Shown: one piece after another, positions 1 to 12,644 of the stretch
How the letters are laid out: each line of letters opens with the position of its first letter
Position numbering within the stretch: the stretch's first letter is position 1
NCBI RefSeq assembly: GCF_036321535.1
Contig: NC_087437.1
Coordinates: 29,204,001-29,268,000 of the forward strand
Source: Camelus dromedarius
Taxonomy: Eukaryota
DNA length: 64,000 nucleotides
Direction: 5' to 3'
Notes under the pieces: model-generated
The model's database searches: none
Seen by the model: only the letters and a program-made list of their open reading frames with translations
What the model was told of the DNA's origin: nothing
Translations under genes and position numbers: made by a program

Positions 1-134
1 CCCTGTATTTCTTAAATCTGATGGGGCTAGGATTAATACCAGCCGTGTCATCTGACAATATATATTTATTACATAACTTTTGGAGTGTTTGGTTCTTTGC
101 AACTTAAAATACTTTTAAAATAGGTGTTTTATTC

Positions 135-240
135 TTTACAACAATCCTCTAAGTTGGTTATTATTCAAATTCATCTTTATTTTGAACAAGAGGAACTACA
201 GCTCAGAGAGGTGAAGTGACCTGGGTGTCCAAGTCAGTCT
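135..240 (-). mobile_element. MIR SINE fragment
   Basis: GAGGAACTACAGCTCAGAGAGGTGAAGTGACCTG is the reverse complement of the MIR core (AAGTCACTTAACCTCTCTGAGCCTCAGTTTCCTC). Confidence 0.65.
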
Positions 241-1489
241 CCCAGAACCGTGGGCCCGTTTCACCTGATCAGACTATTTTTCTATGAACCCTTCCATTAT
301 TGCTCTCCTGCGAAGATACCCATATTTTACATGTTCAAATTTCCAGACTCCTAGGTAAAGGGGAAAGGGAAAAATGAGAACGTGTCTCACAGGTCTAATC
401 TGACGAGACTGCTACGTTCAACACATTTATTGTTTTAGCCACATGTACACACGTGCCTGATGGCACAGCTCATGGTGCTAGGCTGGTGATATTACCAGGG
501 TCAGAAGGTGGGATCAAAATAAACACCCTTTCCTCTCTGCAGAAAAATTATCCTGTCAGAAAGGGATTTCTTGTTCAAGATAAAATTCTCTTCCTTTAAC
601 TTTGAAGTCAGGCTCTTAAAGACTTGTAGGATATATGATTTGCTAAAACAAATAGAACAATTTGATTTCTAAAAATGTGTAATCTTTCCTGCTGCTTCTT
701 ATATTTCTCTTCCCACATGTTGATAAAGCTCATTCCTGAAAGAATTTATTTTCACCATACCTGTTTTCAATGACAGGTCTGTACTGTGGATGAATATAAG
801 AAGATTTGATTCACATTACAAATCCAGCAGTGATTGTCAGAACACTCAGGAACAATGCACGTTAAGATTATGACAGTTCTCAAAGACAGAATTGCTCTTA
901 ATCAAGTAAACACTTGGAATATGGTTGTTTAATGAAGAAGGAAAAAATAATTTTTGACCATTGGAGAAGGAACAAGTATATTGACCACTGAGAACATTTT
1001 GAAATTAATATGCTAAATAGCTATTGCAATTTAGTGATCATTATCATGAACTGTTTTGTCTGTCTCTTCTTTGTGGGACCAGCATTATTCCTCCCTCTCA
1101 CTGCTCCTCAGCCCCACGTAATTGTTATGAGAACCTCATTGTAATCAACTCCTTGGCTACAGCGATTGGTGGGGCAGGTCCCTGTCTCAGGCTGGTCTGG
1201 TCACAGCACCCTGCACCCCCAAACACAGCTATCAGTCTAGGGGTAGACTCAGTCCAGCCAACAAAAATCCTCCCATGATGCGTCTGTAGCTGGGGTTGTG
1301 GACGGGTGTTGTGTTTCTTCTTTGGACGCAAGTAGGTAAAGTGTACATCGAGAGCTTCTGGAAGCCAGATCTCCTTTTTCTCAGAAGGAAGTGTGTGTGC
1401 TTTAGCTGGTTTAAATTTTTGTAATTTCAGATTTAAAAAATTATGTCTTCAGTCCCATACACATTTTATTTCTAACACAGAGGTAGATA

Positions 1490-1650
1490 CTGATCAAGAT
1501 TCCTGTTCTATTGATTGCTAGCTGCATACCTTTGGGCCAGTCACTGAAACTCTCTAAACCTCAGTTTGTCACGTGTCATAAGGATAGTTTCTATTCGTAA
1601 TGATTTACTTACAGGATGGTTGTGTGGCTTAAATAAGATGCTGTATATAA
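1490..1650 (+). mobile_element. MIR SINE
   Basis: CTTTGGGCCAGTCACTGAAACTCTCTAAACCTCAGTTTGTCAC...AGGATGGTTGTGTGGCTTAAATAAGAT matches the MIR core and 3' part. Confidence 0.75.
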
Positions 1651-1685
1651 AATATGTTAACTCTTTAAAGTCTCTAAACTAACCT

Positions 1686-1964
1686 GTTTTTAACATTTAT
1701 ATTTATTGAGGTATCATTGCTTCATAACATCATATAGGTTTCACGTGTACAACATTATATTTCTTCTTCCATATACACTACGGTGTGCTCACCACCAAAA
1801 CTGTAGTGTCCATCCATCTCCACTCAGCTGATCCCTTTTATCCAATTTTATCTCACCCAACCCTTCCCCTCCGCTAACCACTGCTCTGTTCTGTATCTAC
1901 GTGTTTTTATTAAAGTATTTATTGTTTGTTTGTTTTTATACTCCACATATGAGCGAAGTCATAT
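1686..1964 (-). mobile_element. LINE-1 3' UTR fragment (older subfamily)
   Basis: T-rich tail, then TTTATTGAGGTATCATTG...TACAACATTATATTTC...CCCTTCCCCTCCGCTAACCACT...CTCCACATATGAGCGAAGTCATATG, typical of an antisense L1 3' end. Confidence 0.75.
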
Positions 1965-2029
1965 GAACGCATACCTCCTCTTATTATCATCCGTGGCACT
2001 TGGTTTACTCACTGATTTAGAAAATGGGT

Positions 2030-2421
2030 AGATTGAATTCTTGGCCCTGGGTCTAAATCCCTTCCTGTATCCACCTCCTTTGCCTGTAGCTTTGCAATTT
2101 CTTTCTCTAAAGGTGGATATATTCCAGTCCCTTCCACCCCTGTTGTTGCCTTTGAACTTGGCTACATGACTTATTTTGGCCGCGGGTTGTTAGCCGACTT
2201 AAACCAAAGCAGAGGCTCGAATAGAACTTAACTGATAGGCTTTGCTCTCTTGCTCTCTGCCACGGCCCGCAAAAGAAACACATCTCAGCCGGTCCCAGGA
2301 GGATTTGGGCGTGCGGAGCAGAGCTGCCCCGGCAGACTCACAGGCTTCGGAGCACAGTAAGTGCTCCCTGTTATTCTGAGCCTTTGAGATGCTGTGTACA
2401 CAGCAGCGACTGAAGGGTACA
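2030..2421 (+). mobile_element. MLT1-type (ERVL-MaLR) solo LTR
   Basis: CCCTTCCTGTATCCACCTCCTTTGCCTGTAGCTTTGCAAT...ATGACTTATTTTGGCC...CTGAGCCTTTGAGATG...TACACAGCA resembles MLT1H/I/J consensus blocks. Confidence 0.65.
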
Positions 2422-4849
2422 TTCCAGTAGGTTTTGCTTCAAACTGATTTCATTATCACAGGAAAAAACACTCAATACAAGGGCATATGTTCCACTAAGG
2501 AAAAAAAATCGTAGTCATAGTATAGAGACATTGAGTTAGCTGGGTGGTATTGAAAGTCTGTAGCTCTCAAGGAAAATCTGATTCTGGGAAGTGATTTACA
2601 AGTGTAGTTTGCGGGAGCTGTGAATTAAGTATATATTTTGGCCTGACCTTTTGTGATGGATTGTTACTCTGAAGAATACGCACATAGTAATTATTTAATT
2701 TAATATGCATATTCAGTTGGAATTTAGCATATATCATCTTATATGGTATTTTCCCCCTTCTCTTTTAGAAATAGAAGTTAAGCTAATAAATTTAGAAAAA
2801 ACTGCCCAGAGGTCAGCCAGACTTTGTGAGAAGGGAGAGACAAAACAAACATGCAGAACTCTGGTCTGCTTGCATCCTTCTAACTGTAAGAGTGAGTGTA
2901 GCTTAGAGACAGTGCACTTTTCAGGAAGTCTAGATAAAAACCTGTCAAAACTCTGCACATTCTCCCTTTTTGCCCCACCAACAGCATCTCTTGCCTTCTG
3001 GCTATTGTATTAAATGCAAATAAAGTAAATAAGACGAGGACAGGAAAGAGAATTTCCAGGCACTGTTGCTTCTGCTATTGACCTTTGATGGTGTCACTGT
3101 GGGGTTAAAAAATGTGGAGTGTTTTATCCACGTTCTCTAGTCTGCTCTGGCTTTGACATTTATAAAGAAGTCCTAGAATTCCCCAAACCCAGAAATTGGC
3201 AAAGGTGAAAAGCCACTCTCCGTGCTGCGATTGCTGATTTGTGTAGAGATATAAAGGGAAATGAGAGCAGAGAAATCAACAAGAAACTGATTGTGGAGGT
3301 CCTGGATGTAAGATTAAAAACTACAAAAAAAAAAAAAAACAAACTGTGTGTACACTCATGCACATGTGTGTGCTTTGGATTGGAAGGGTTATATGCAAAT
3401 TCATTATTTAATGATAATCACACGAAAACATGGGTTGATGGGTTGGAGAACAAAAATCCCATGAACTGGCAGGTGCACACCACACTGTCCTTCTACGTAA
3501 GTTTATTATGTTCAGAATACTGCGTTGGGCGACTCAGGAGATGTAAAGCCAACAGCAGTTCTTTCCTGGCGTGATACCAACAGACGCAACATGACCTCCA
3601 GCGTGACAGGACCAGTGTGCTTAATACAGTATTGAAGTACCTGCAGTGTTCTCAGAGTAAAGGGACAAAGGTAGAAAAACAAATGAGTAGGTCCTTTCAT
3701 TGTCAATACTGTATTTCCGAAGAGTGATAATAAGAAGCAGTTTAAGACTAAATGGCAGAGAGGCAGTGCCACCACGTCTAGTTGCTCCTCCGTTAGTGGG
3801 GCAGATTACAGCAGTCAGTATCATGTTACCATATCAGCTACTGGTACTTCATATTCTGCTTTGGTTTCTACTATAATCTGAGAATATGTGGAGAACCTGG
3901 GGGGAGAGTAAGTCTTGCTGATAAGACAGCTTGCAAGCCCTTGATCAGTTCTGCACTCTTGCCTGTGTCAATCTCAGACTCTAATCTCTGGGGTTCCTGA
4001 CTTCCTGCCTCCATGTTTGAGAGATGTGAATCAGTAGAACTTCTATCTGAGAAGCAGCGTGAGAGGATCGACTGATGAACGGGAGATACAGGCTCTTAAG
4101 TAAGGCATATGGATTTGATTTACTAGGAAATTGAAGGAAAACAAGGTTGCATTTGCAGAGTGTGAAGATAATGTTTGCAAAGTCATATCGTAGGCAGCAG
4201 GGGACGGCAGAATGAATGATAGGAGAGGCGGAGAGAAGAGTGAGTGTGTGGGTACAGACTTCCAAATTGGGAACCCGAACTTAATAGGTTGCAAGTTGAG
4301 AGAGCGGCAAAGATAGGAATAAGGTCACAGAGAGGGAGTAGTCATGAGATTACAGGGAGATGGAGCACGAGTGATAACCATGTAGGAGTTGCATCTCAAA
4401 CTGAGTCTCTTTGGAGACTACAGAAAAATGTCATGTGATGATGATTACACAGAAGGTTGACCAGCAGCAAAAAGTGCAGTAATTTGTTTTGTTTGGATAG
4501 AGCTGGCGGCAGGAAAAGAGGAGCATATTACTGTAATGTGTTAACTCGCTTGGAGATCAGCAAAGAGGGAGAGGAAATAAATTCTGAACTCTACAGATCA
4601 AATCATTTTTTCTTTGCAAAGTAGTGAAGTGACAGTTTGAGGTACTTAGTTGTAAAAGATTTATTCAGATATAGACACAATTTAAGGCACATTTCCTACT
4701 CTGAGGAGACATACAGTTAATAGAAAGTAGCAAAAGAGATTATTTTCTTCTCTTTTTGATTATTTAAAAATTGAAAAGAAAGGCTTGTTTCTGCTATAAA
4801 TACCAGGTACTGAATAAACCAAAGGAAGCAGTTTCTATAACAATTTTTT

Positions 4850-4897
4850 TAATTAATTAGTTAAAAAATTATTTTTCTTGGTGGGGAGGTAATTAGG

Positions 4898-4949
<52 letters not shown>

Positions 4950-5026
4950 TTTAATGGAGGTACTGGGGACTGAACCCAGGACCTTGTGCATGCTAAGCAC
5001 TCTACCACTGAGCTATACCCTCCTCC
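4850..5026 (-). mobile_element. tRNA-derived camelid-type SINE (Vic-1-like), full length
   Basis: Reverse complement reads GGAGGAGGGTATAGCTCAGTGGTAGAGTGCTTAGCATGCACAAGGTCCTGGGTTCAGTCCCCAGTACCTCC (A box and B box), followed by an A-rich tail. TSD ACAATTTTTT at 4840-4849 and 5027-5036. Confidence 0.9.
4899..4946. repeat. (TATC)12 microsatellite inside SINE
   Basis: 12 perfect TATC units counted directly. Confidence 0.95.
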
Positions 5027-5494
5027 ACAATTTTTTAAATGAAGCATTATTTCCAAAATGTTTAGAAAGACCTATTGTCAATATTGACAATACAACGAAT
5101 GTGTCCAGAAAGCGTAGTATTTTATTGCTCCAAATTTAAAGCCTCAGCCTATATCACCCTGAATGTGATGCAGTATGTATATTATTCATTTACAAAATTA
5201 ATGTGCAAATAAATAATGCATAACCAAGTTATTTGTTAATGTGTAAAAACACTGAGTTTGTGGAATCTGCATCTCTGAGTTATGTGGGTTTTTTTCCTAC
5301 TTGGTATATTCTTTTAAGTCAAATTCATGTCTACTTTTATAGATTGATTTGTGAACAGGACAGGAAGTTACAGAGAATTTTAAAATCTTCATTTAGTTTC
5401 ACTTCTTAGGGATTATGACATCTAGAGAAGCATAAAGAAATATTCTATCATAGGAAACACCTCTTGGCTGAAGAAAAGCTTCGCGTAGGAGGCG

Positions 5495-5508
5495 ACTCCC
5501 CCTGCTGT
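5495..5508 (-). promoter_or_regulatory. CTCF-like motif
   Basis: Minus strand ACAGCAGGGGGAGT versus consensus CCASYAGRKGGCRS (11/14). Confidence 0.35.
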
Positions 5509-6235
5509 GATGTCTGGGAACAGGAAAACAGAAGCCTGAGGTTGAAAGATGTTAAAGTGTGGAGGTTTTCACAGAATTAATAATGCTGAGATTATTTTCT
5601 TTTCATATCTAGGGTCATATGAGTAAACAGTTTCATTGTCAATATCATATTGCTACAAAGAAACTAGAAGCAATCTTCACTGTATGAATATGCAGCTTTT
5701 TCTGTTGCTTTCAAGAATTCTTTAAGGAGAATGTTGCTTTTTATTCTATCACATAATACATTTTTATTCTACTTCCACTTTATTCACATTTAATTGTGTT
5801 AAAACTTTTCCACCTGGCTGGGAGAACTTCAGGATAAATGACATTTTCAAAAGGACATCTGCTTTTGAATACTGAAGAGACTGAATTATTTCAAAATTGC
5901 ATTTGTAATTTTAGCAAGCAAGTGCATATATTTTAATGATTTTAAGGAGGTATTGTTTATGGGCCATATAAACAGTCAATAAAGCACCTGTAATCTACTC
6001 AGAGTGAAATCACAGTGGTAGAGAAACAGAATGGGCTCAGTCTCTACCGTATTCAACCTATAAGAATGTTCAGTTTCTAAACAATAGACAGTGCGGGCAT
6101 CTGTGTTTTTCAAAAGCTTTAAAGATGTTTTTCTTGGATAACACCACACTTGGATAACATACAGAAAATTTTTCTTCTTTTGATTTTTCTTATTATATGG
6201 GACAGATGAATCTGGTTTCTTGTTGGCCCTCTGAT

Positions 6236-6253
6236 TGAGTCAGTAGAGGGCGC
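6236..6253 (+). promoter_or_regulatory. CTCF motif overlapping an AP-1 site
   Basis: TCAGTAGAGGGCGC (6240-6253) matches CCASYAGRKGGCRS at 13/14 with its CpG intact. TGAGTCA at 6236-6242. Confidence 0.55.
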
Positions 6254-6669
6254 CAGAGTTCCCAGCCAGTGGTCCTGACCTAGCCTGCTTCAATCAGGTG
6301 AGCAAAAGGTATGTGGCCAGCAAGCCTCCTTTGTATTCCAAACAATCAGAATAGGTATAATGGAAAAGAAAAAAAAGAAAAAAATAGGGAAGTGAGGGTA
6401 GTAGAAGTTTTCTGAATCTCATATGGCAAGACTTTGTTTAAGCGTTTGGTGTTTCATAAAGACTTACAGTTTACAAATAGGATCTTTATGATTTCTTATT
6501 GCAAAAAGCAAAATTTGTAATTTATACAAATAGACATTGCATAATCTGATTATATCTAGTTCTCCTTGGAAATACATTGTGAGTCTTTGAAAACTGCAAT
6601 TGTCATATTAAGCACTGCTGGGCAAGTCACCATACAAAAGTAATAAATTGCTAGATTTTGCCATAGTTC

Positions 6670-7585
6670 TCATTGTGTCCTATCCAAATCATCAATTCTC
6701 TCTTCTGGATGCCTGCATTAGCCTCCCGACAGGTCTCTCGGCTTTCACTCTTCTTTCCCCTACACTCTATTTTTAACACGGGAGCCAGTGAGATCCTTGA
6801 TCTTCCATAGACTTTCCAACTCAGAGAAAAAGCCAAAGTCCTTACAGTGGCCTCCAAGAGCCTCTGCACTTAGGTGCTTCATAATTCCCTGACGCCATCA
6901 CCTGAGGCTTGTCCTCTCCTCCAGCTGGCCCCTTGTAACTCTTTAAATGCTCAAGTTCATCACCTGCTGTGGAGTCTTTGCCATGCTGTTTCCTCCACTA
7001 AGTGCTTTCCCCAGAGCGTTTCCACCCCGCTCTGTCTTTGCTCAAATACCATCTTCATAATAGACCTAGTTCCCCTTACCCTGATTTTCTTCTATAATAC
7101 TTAATTACTTTCTAGACTACTTTATAATTTATTCATTTACTGTGTTTGTTATTTTTTGTGTCTCCAGACACTAGAATTTAAGCTCTGAAGATAAGGAATT
7201 TAAAAAAAAAAACTTTTATTTTCAAATGATTGTATTATTTCTTACAATTACATGTTAAAAATCGGCAGAGATCCTATATACTGTCACCCAGCTTCCTCCA
7301 GTGATAACATCATACAAAAGAGTGCGCCAATGGCATAACCAGAAAGCTGCCATTGAATGAGTTCATCTACCTTAGTCAGATTCCCCTAATGTTCCATGAA
7401 TGCTTTGTGCATGTATTCAGTTCCAGGGGATTGTATCACGTGTGTAGATTTGTGTGACCATCATCACAGTCAAGATACAGAGTAGCTCCCTCATAAGGAT
7501 CAGGGGTAGGAATTTTCGTTAAATTCATTGATGCATTCCAATGGTCTGGCACAAAGTGAGTGCTCAAAAATATTTGTTTAATAAA
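6670..7585 (+). mobile_element. L2 LINE 3' region, interrupted by an L1 insertion
   Basis: ATCATCAATTCTCTCTTCTGGATGCCTGCATTAGCCTCCCGACAGGTCTCTC...CTAGAATTTAAGCTC; the L2 terminus CTGGCACAAAGTGAGTGCTCAAAAATATTTGTTTAATAAA resumes after about 7505. Confidence 0.8.
7212..7503 (-). mobile_element. L1MB-like 3' end nested in L2
   Basis: TCACCCAGCTTCCTCCAGTGATAACATC...TGTGTAGATTTGTGTGACCATCATCACAGTCAAGATACAGA resembles L1MB7/8. AGGAATTT is repeated on both sides (possible TSD). Confidence 0.75.
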
Positions 7586-9694
7586 CCATGGTATTTTAGG
7601 CAGTAAAACTTATTAAAAAAATATAATCAGCTTTGGGTTCCCAAATAATTAGAAACCATATTCAAGTTGGGCCTTTTTTTTTCTGGTTGTTAATTTAAAA
7701 AGCATTTATCAATGTGATTCTTTTGGAGTACAGGCATATTGATCTCTTGTTTCTAAAGTGCTGGTTATTGTGAAGTGGTTGTTGGAAATATGATTTAATA
7801 TAAATCCTAAAAGCATTGTTGCTCGAGGGCTTAGAAAAATGATTTAATATCCTTGATTTTCTAACTCTATTTTAATGTAGTATTTTGGGGAAATAAAAAA
7901 CATACAAGCTAGCCATATTTTAAATATATCCGAGAAAGGCGGTATGGGCGTGAGTCATGGTAGAACTGGCAGGCTGGCTTGTCACCTTATTAGCCTTTCT
8001 TGAGGGGATTCATTAATACAGCAAAGTTGGAACCACACCAAAGCTTTGTTCACATCAGTGTTATCTACCTAATTATTTGTTGTTATTATATGGATTCACT
8101 CTTCAGCAGCAGAGATGGTCGCTCAGTTTCATTTGTTGGTTTATAAAATGGCTGATTTGGTAGCTTAGTCTGAAAACAGGAGAGTTTTCCTCTCAGTAAA
8201 GTTTCTGGGCACATTGAGGCATTGAACTCAAGCTTTGAACTGTATTAATACCACAGCACGGTAACAGTGGCTGGAGGAGGCCAGTGTTCAGTTCAACGGT
8301 TCCTATCAAGGTGACTCTCCAAACAATGGGATACATAAAATGCGACACCTATCAGAATGTTTACAAAATAGTAAGCCTCCTTTTTCTCATCTCCTGTATG
8401 AAAGAGGTAAAGATTAATAATATAAAAGCAAGCTAACTTCTTCATATTTTTCCTAGGATTTCGTATGTCTTATAGTTTTACAGGACATTATTTAGTTGAT
8501 TAGAAAAAAAAAGAGTAATTTTGCAATATAGCTCTCTATACTTAGCCACTTCTTATTTTTTGTTTTGAGCTAGAGACATGGTTAATTTTAAGTCTAAACA
8601 AATTTTAATAACTTTGATTTTTCATCCAGATCTCAAGTCTCATTTAGCCTAAATAGAAAGTCAGAGAAAAATGTAGCTAAATCATGTAGGATTTTTGTTT
8701 GTTTGTTTTTGGGTTTTTTTGGGAAGAGTGAATGAGTTCTGCCCTATTTTCTGAGAATATGGAACATTAGACATTTTCCTTTCACATCTTCCTTCATGCC
8801 TATTTGATCTTCACTGTTTTTAGTAGCCCTTCCACTTGTGTACTGATTTGGGGTTTTATTTATTTTTAAACATGGAGTTTGCATTTTGTTTCTTCCTTTA
8901 CTTGCTGTTTTTGGGTGATTTCTGAGAGAGAAATGGGGGAAAATCCAAATTTGCTGAAACTAGATGTCTGGCTGTAAACATAAGTGATTGCTTCTTGTTT
9001 ACGTTCAGAAAATAATTATGGTAAATCATTATAGATCCTGGAGATTTGGGGGAGTTTTGATTTGTTCTTGAACTGTTCCAAAAAACCCGGCTACACTTAA
9101 CATCTATCTGCTTTTGCTTTTTACTAGTCCCTTCTACTCCTTCCTTGGATAATAATTTCCTGGATTTCTATTCGTTTATTTTCTGTCTTCTCTCACTTTT
9201 GTTTTTCACTGTATAAGTTTAGACACAGTGCTGATTTCATGATGATGAGTTCAGAGGGAACAATTTATAATGAGGATAAGTTGGGATGGGGAAAGCTACT
9301 GGAAATGAGGCAAAAGGAAGCAGGGGGCCTTGACTTCTGTCACCTCCAAACAAGAAACAGAGGACAAGATAGCTGTGACAAACAAATCTGGGTGTTTTTT
9401 CAATGGGAGCCTTGGGGATTTGTGCTCAGGTAAACTATGTGTTCATGGATGTTCATAAATCAACTCCTTTTTGGCAAGCATTGAAACAGAAAATCTCAAT
9501 ATCAAGAAATTACTTTTACAAAAATGTCAAAATAATCATTAAAGGACAGGAGACTGTTAGGTATTTCACATATATGTGTGATTTAGATACACATAATGTA
9601 ATCTGATCCAAACAGATTGTCTAAATCAAAATCCAGAAACTGAAGAAAATTACCTGAGTTTACTTGCTTTTAATATAAAATAAAAACTACACTT

Positions 9695-10223
9695 TTTCAC
9701 TTTTTTTATTGAAGTATAGTCAGTTTACAATGTTGTGTCAATTTCTGATGCACAGCATGTTTCAGTCATACATATATTCATTTTCATATTTTTTCATTAT
9801 ACATTACTACAAGATACTGAATATAGTTCCCTGTGCTATACAATATAAACTTTTTGTTTATCTATTTTATATATAGTAGTCAGCATCTGCAAATCTCAAA
9901 CTCCCCATTTATCCTTTCCCATCCCCTTTCCCCTTGGTAACCATAAGTTTTTCTATGTCTGTGAATCTGTTTCTGTTTTGTAAATAAGTTCATTTGTCTT
10001 TTTTTTTTTTTTAGATTCTACATATGAGTGATATATGGTATTTTTCTTTCTTTCTGGCTTGCTTCACTTAGAATGACAATCTTTAGGTCCATCCATGTTG
10101 CTGCAAATGGCATTATTTTATTCTTTTTTATGGCTAAGTAATATTCCATTGTATAAATATACCACAACTTCTTTATCTAGTCATCTGTCAATTGACTTTT
10201 AGGTTGTTTCATGTCTTGACTAT
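9695..10223 (-). mobile_element. Young LINE-1 3' fragment (5'-truncated)
   Basis: TTTTATTGAAGTATAGTCAGTTTACAATGTTGTGTCAATTTCTG...TCCATCCATGTTGCTGCAAATGGCATT. TSD AAAA(C/T)TACACTT at 9683-9694 and 10224-10235. Confidence 0.9.
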
Positions 10224-10279
10224 AAAATTACACTTATTTTCATCTTGGAATAATTATCTGAACTTCTTCATTCATCTTG

Positions 10280-10450
10280 AGGTTAATTTGTGGGCTACCC
10301 TGGGAAGGAGGTGATTTAGGGAAGGTCATCCTTTACAGCTGGGGCAGACTGGAAGGAGTTGATGGCTGGACCTTTGCTGACCTCACACAGTTGGGCAGCA
10401 GGTCCTTCTGTGGAGGGGATTCTGGGCAGTACATCTCTGTGTCCACCACA
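10280..10450 (-). mobile_element. LTR16-like (ERVL) LTR 5' fragment
   Basis: Ends GGGGATTCTGGGCAGTACATCTCTGTGTCCACCACA, the reverse complement of the LTR16-type start TGT..GGA..C...GCCCAGATCCCC. Confidence 0.65.
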
Positions 10451-10909
10451 ATAAGAAATCTGAATTTGCCCTGACTTCCTGCAAGGACCCTGGGGAAATG
10501 GCATGCTCTTAGCTGGCTTTTATACTTTGTGATTTCTTTATCTTTGGTTGGAGTTTGATGCATAGTCACCCTCTGGCCACCTTTTCTCTTGCTTCACTCA
10601 TTCAGAGCTCACTGTCACCAGCATGGAATAGTGGACTCTCTGCCTTTTTTGTCATTTGGATGAATTCTGTCTTTGGCAAGAAATCATATTCTCCTTACAC
10701 TGGCTTAGCTCTTCTTGCTGTTCCTGACAAGTCCTGATACTTCCAGCACCATAACTCTTATCTTGTGTTATTGCTTATTTAATTCTCTCTTCCTGGGTTC
10801 ACTAAAATCCCTAACACCTACCTGAGTGAAACAGAATAACTATTTAGAGCATAAATAAATTATAGTGTATGGTAAATAAAAACTCCTTAACTTTCTAGAG
10901 CCATGATCG

Positions 10910-11095
10910 AAAGGCAGTATAACATTTAAGAGCACAAAACCTGGGACCAGCTATGATCCTGAGCAAATTTCTTATCTCCCTGTAACTCAGCTTTCTGATC
11001 TGTAAGAAAAGGATACTAACAGTATCCACTTCATAAGATTGATATGAGGACTAAATACATTAAATATGTCGTATTTAGGACAGTTCTTGGTATGA
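10910..11095 (+). mobile_element. MIR SINE
   Basis: TGAGCAAATTTCTTATCTCCCTGTAACTCAGCTTTCTGATCTGTAAGAAAAGGATACTAACAGTATCCACTTCATAAGATTGATATGAGGACTAAAT. Confidence 0.75.
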
Positions 11096-11320
11096 CAGGT
11101 GTTGTTGCTGTTATTATTATTTATGTTGCTGCTGTGGTAATGATTTTGGCAGAATGGAAGGGGAAATGAAAACTATAAGATTGGTGAGTCTTATCATAGA
11201 TGTAACATAAAAATCAATGGACTACTGGTTCCTACAAAATAAGAGCCAGATTTCCTTAAGTACATGGCACCCAGTAACATCAAAGAATTAGTTTTAGGTC
11301 ACAGATACGTGAAAAGGTTT

Positions 11321-11463
11321 TTCTTTCTTTCTTTCTTTCTTTTTTTTTTTTTTTTTTTTTTTTGATCTTTTTTTGGGGGGGGGCGGGTAATTAGGTTTAC
11401 TTACTTACTTTTGATGGAGGTACTGGGTATTGAACTCAGGACCTTGTGCATGCTAAGCATGCA
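11321..11463 (-). mobile_element. Camelid-type SINE, 5'-truncated
   Basis: GGAGGTACTGGGTATTGAACTCAGGACCTTGTGCATGCTAAGCATGC with a (TTTC)n/poly-T tail. TSD GAAAAG(G/A)TTTT on both flanks. Confidence 0.85.
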
Positions 11464-12644
11464 GAAAAGATTTTATAAGTAGATAAAAATAGTTTTGGGG
11501 GATAGATTGTTTGGTGAGCCCTTTCCTAGTCATCTGTTAATTAACACAACTAACAAGTCACATACGACAAAACAGCTTTAAGCAGAACTTAGACTTCAAG
11601 CCCTTTAATCCTACAGTTTATCATCTCTTTAAATCCATCTCATGATTTCTCTTTTTTAACCTTAGTTATTCTAATTATGAAATATTTTAAATCTATGTAA
11701 AAATAGTGAAAATAATATAACTTCCCTTTTTAAAAAAGATCTAGCACTCTCACATGAACTTTTGCTGTGTTGTCTTTGGGTCTCTATCTCTGTCATTATC
11801 CCTCTTTTGTAAATTCTGTTGCCTAAAAAATTTCTGTCTTCTTTCAGTGAGGCTGAACGTCTTAGGACTTGTCTGGATCTCACTGATACTCCAATTACTT
11901 CCCTAAGATTTTATGGCATCATTTTAATGACTAAGATTGCATATCATAGTTGTTTTCCCTCCCAACTAGTTGAAAGTTTTAATTAGCAAGTAATATTTTG
12001 ATTTTTGTTTATAATCTCTTTGCTTCTGAACAGAGCTATAAATTCCTTCATTTGGGGGAGGAGGAAGTTCCCTGGGGGTGGGGGTGGGGTTCAGTGGTAA
12101 CTGTGTCTATTTCTGCCTTAAATATCTTCACCTCACTTGAATGCTAGAACATGTGCTTTACCTCTGTGATAAACTCTGATATAATAATGTAAAGAAAAGT
12201 AATGATCACCTTTGGACACTTAAGAGATGAAAAGAAGAACTTCATGCTGCTATGGATGCTGGAATCTTGCTGGCCGCCTCTCATCATTAAGACATGAATA
12301 TTGTAACGTTCTAGCCTAAACTTCCCCTGTTACAATAATGAATTAGTTAAAGATACAATTATTTCAAAGCTTTAAGGCAGGAAAATGCCATGGTTCCTGC
12401 AAATCATCACATATTTGATATAAAAGCTCCAAAATCAAAGTGAAAATATTAACTTTAGATTAAATAATTTGCAAATATGCTTAGGGCTGCTTTGAAGAGA
12501 AATACAAAGAATTCACTAATCAATCCTTTTGAAAGCTAGACATGCCTCTCCCAAATATATGGGCTCTTTACAGTGGAAGAAATGGGTTTTTACATATTCA
12601 CAGGCTGAGTCCATGAAATGTGTGAATTATGAGCACATATGCTT

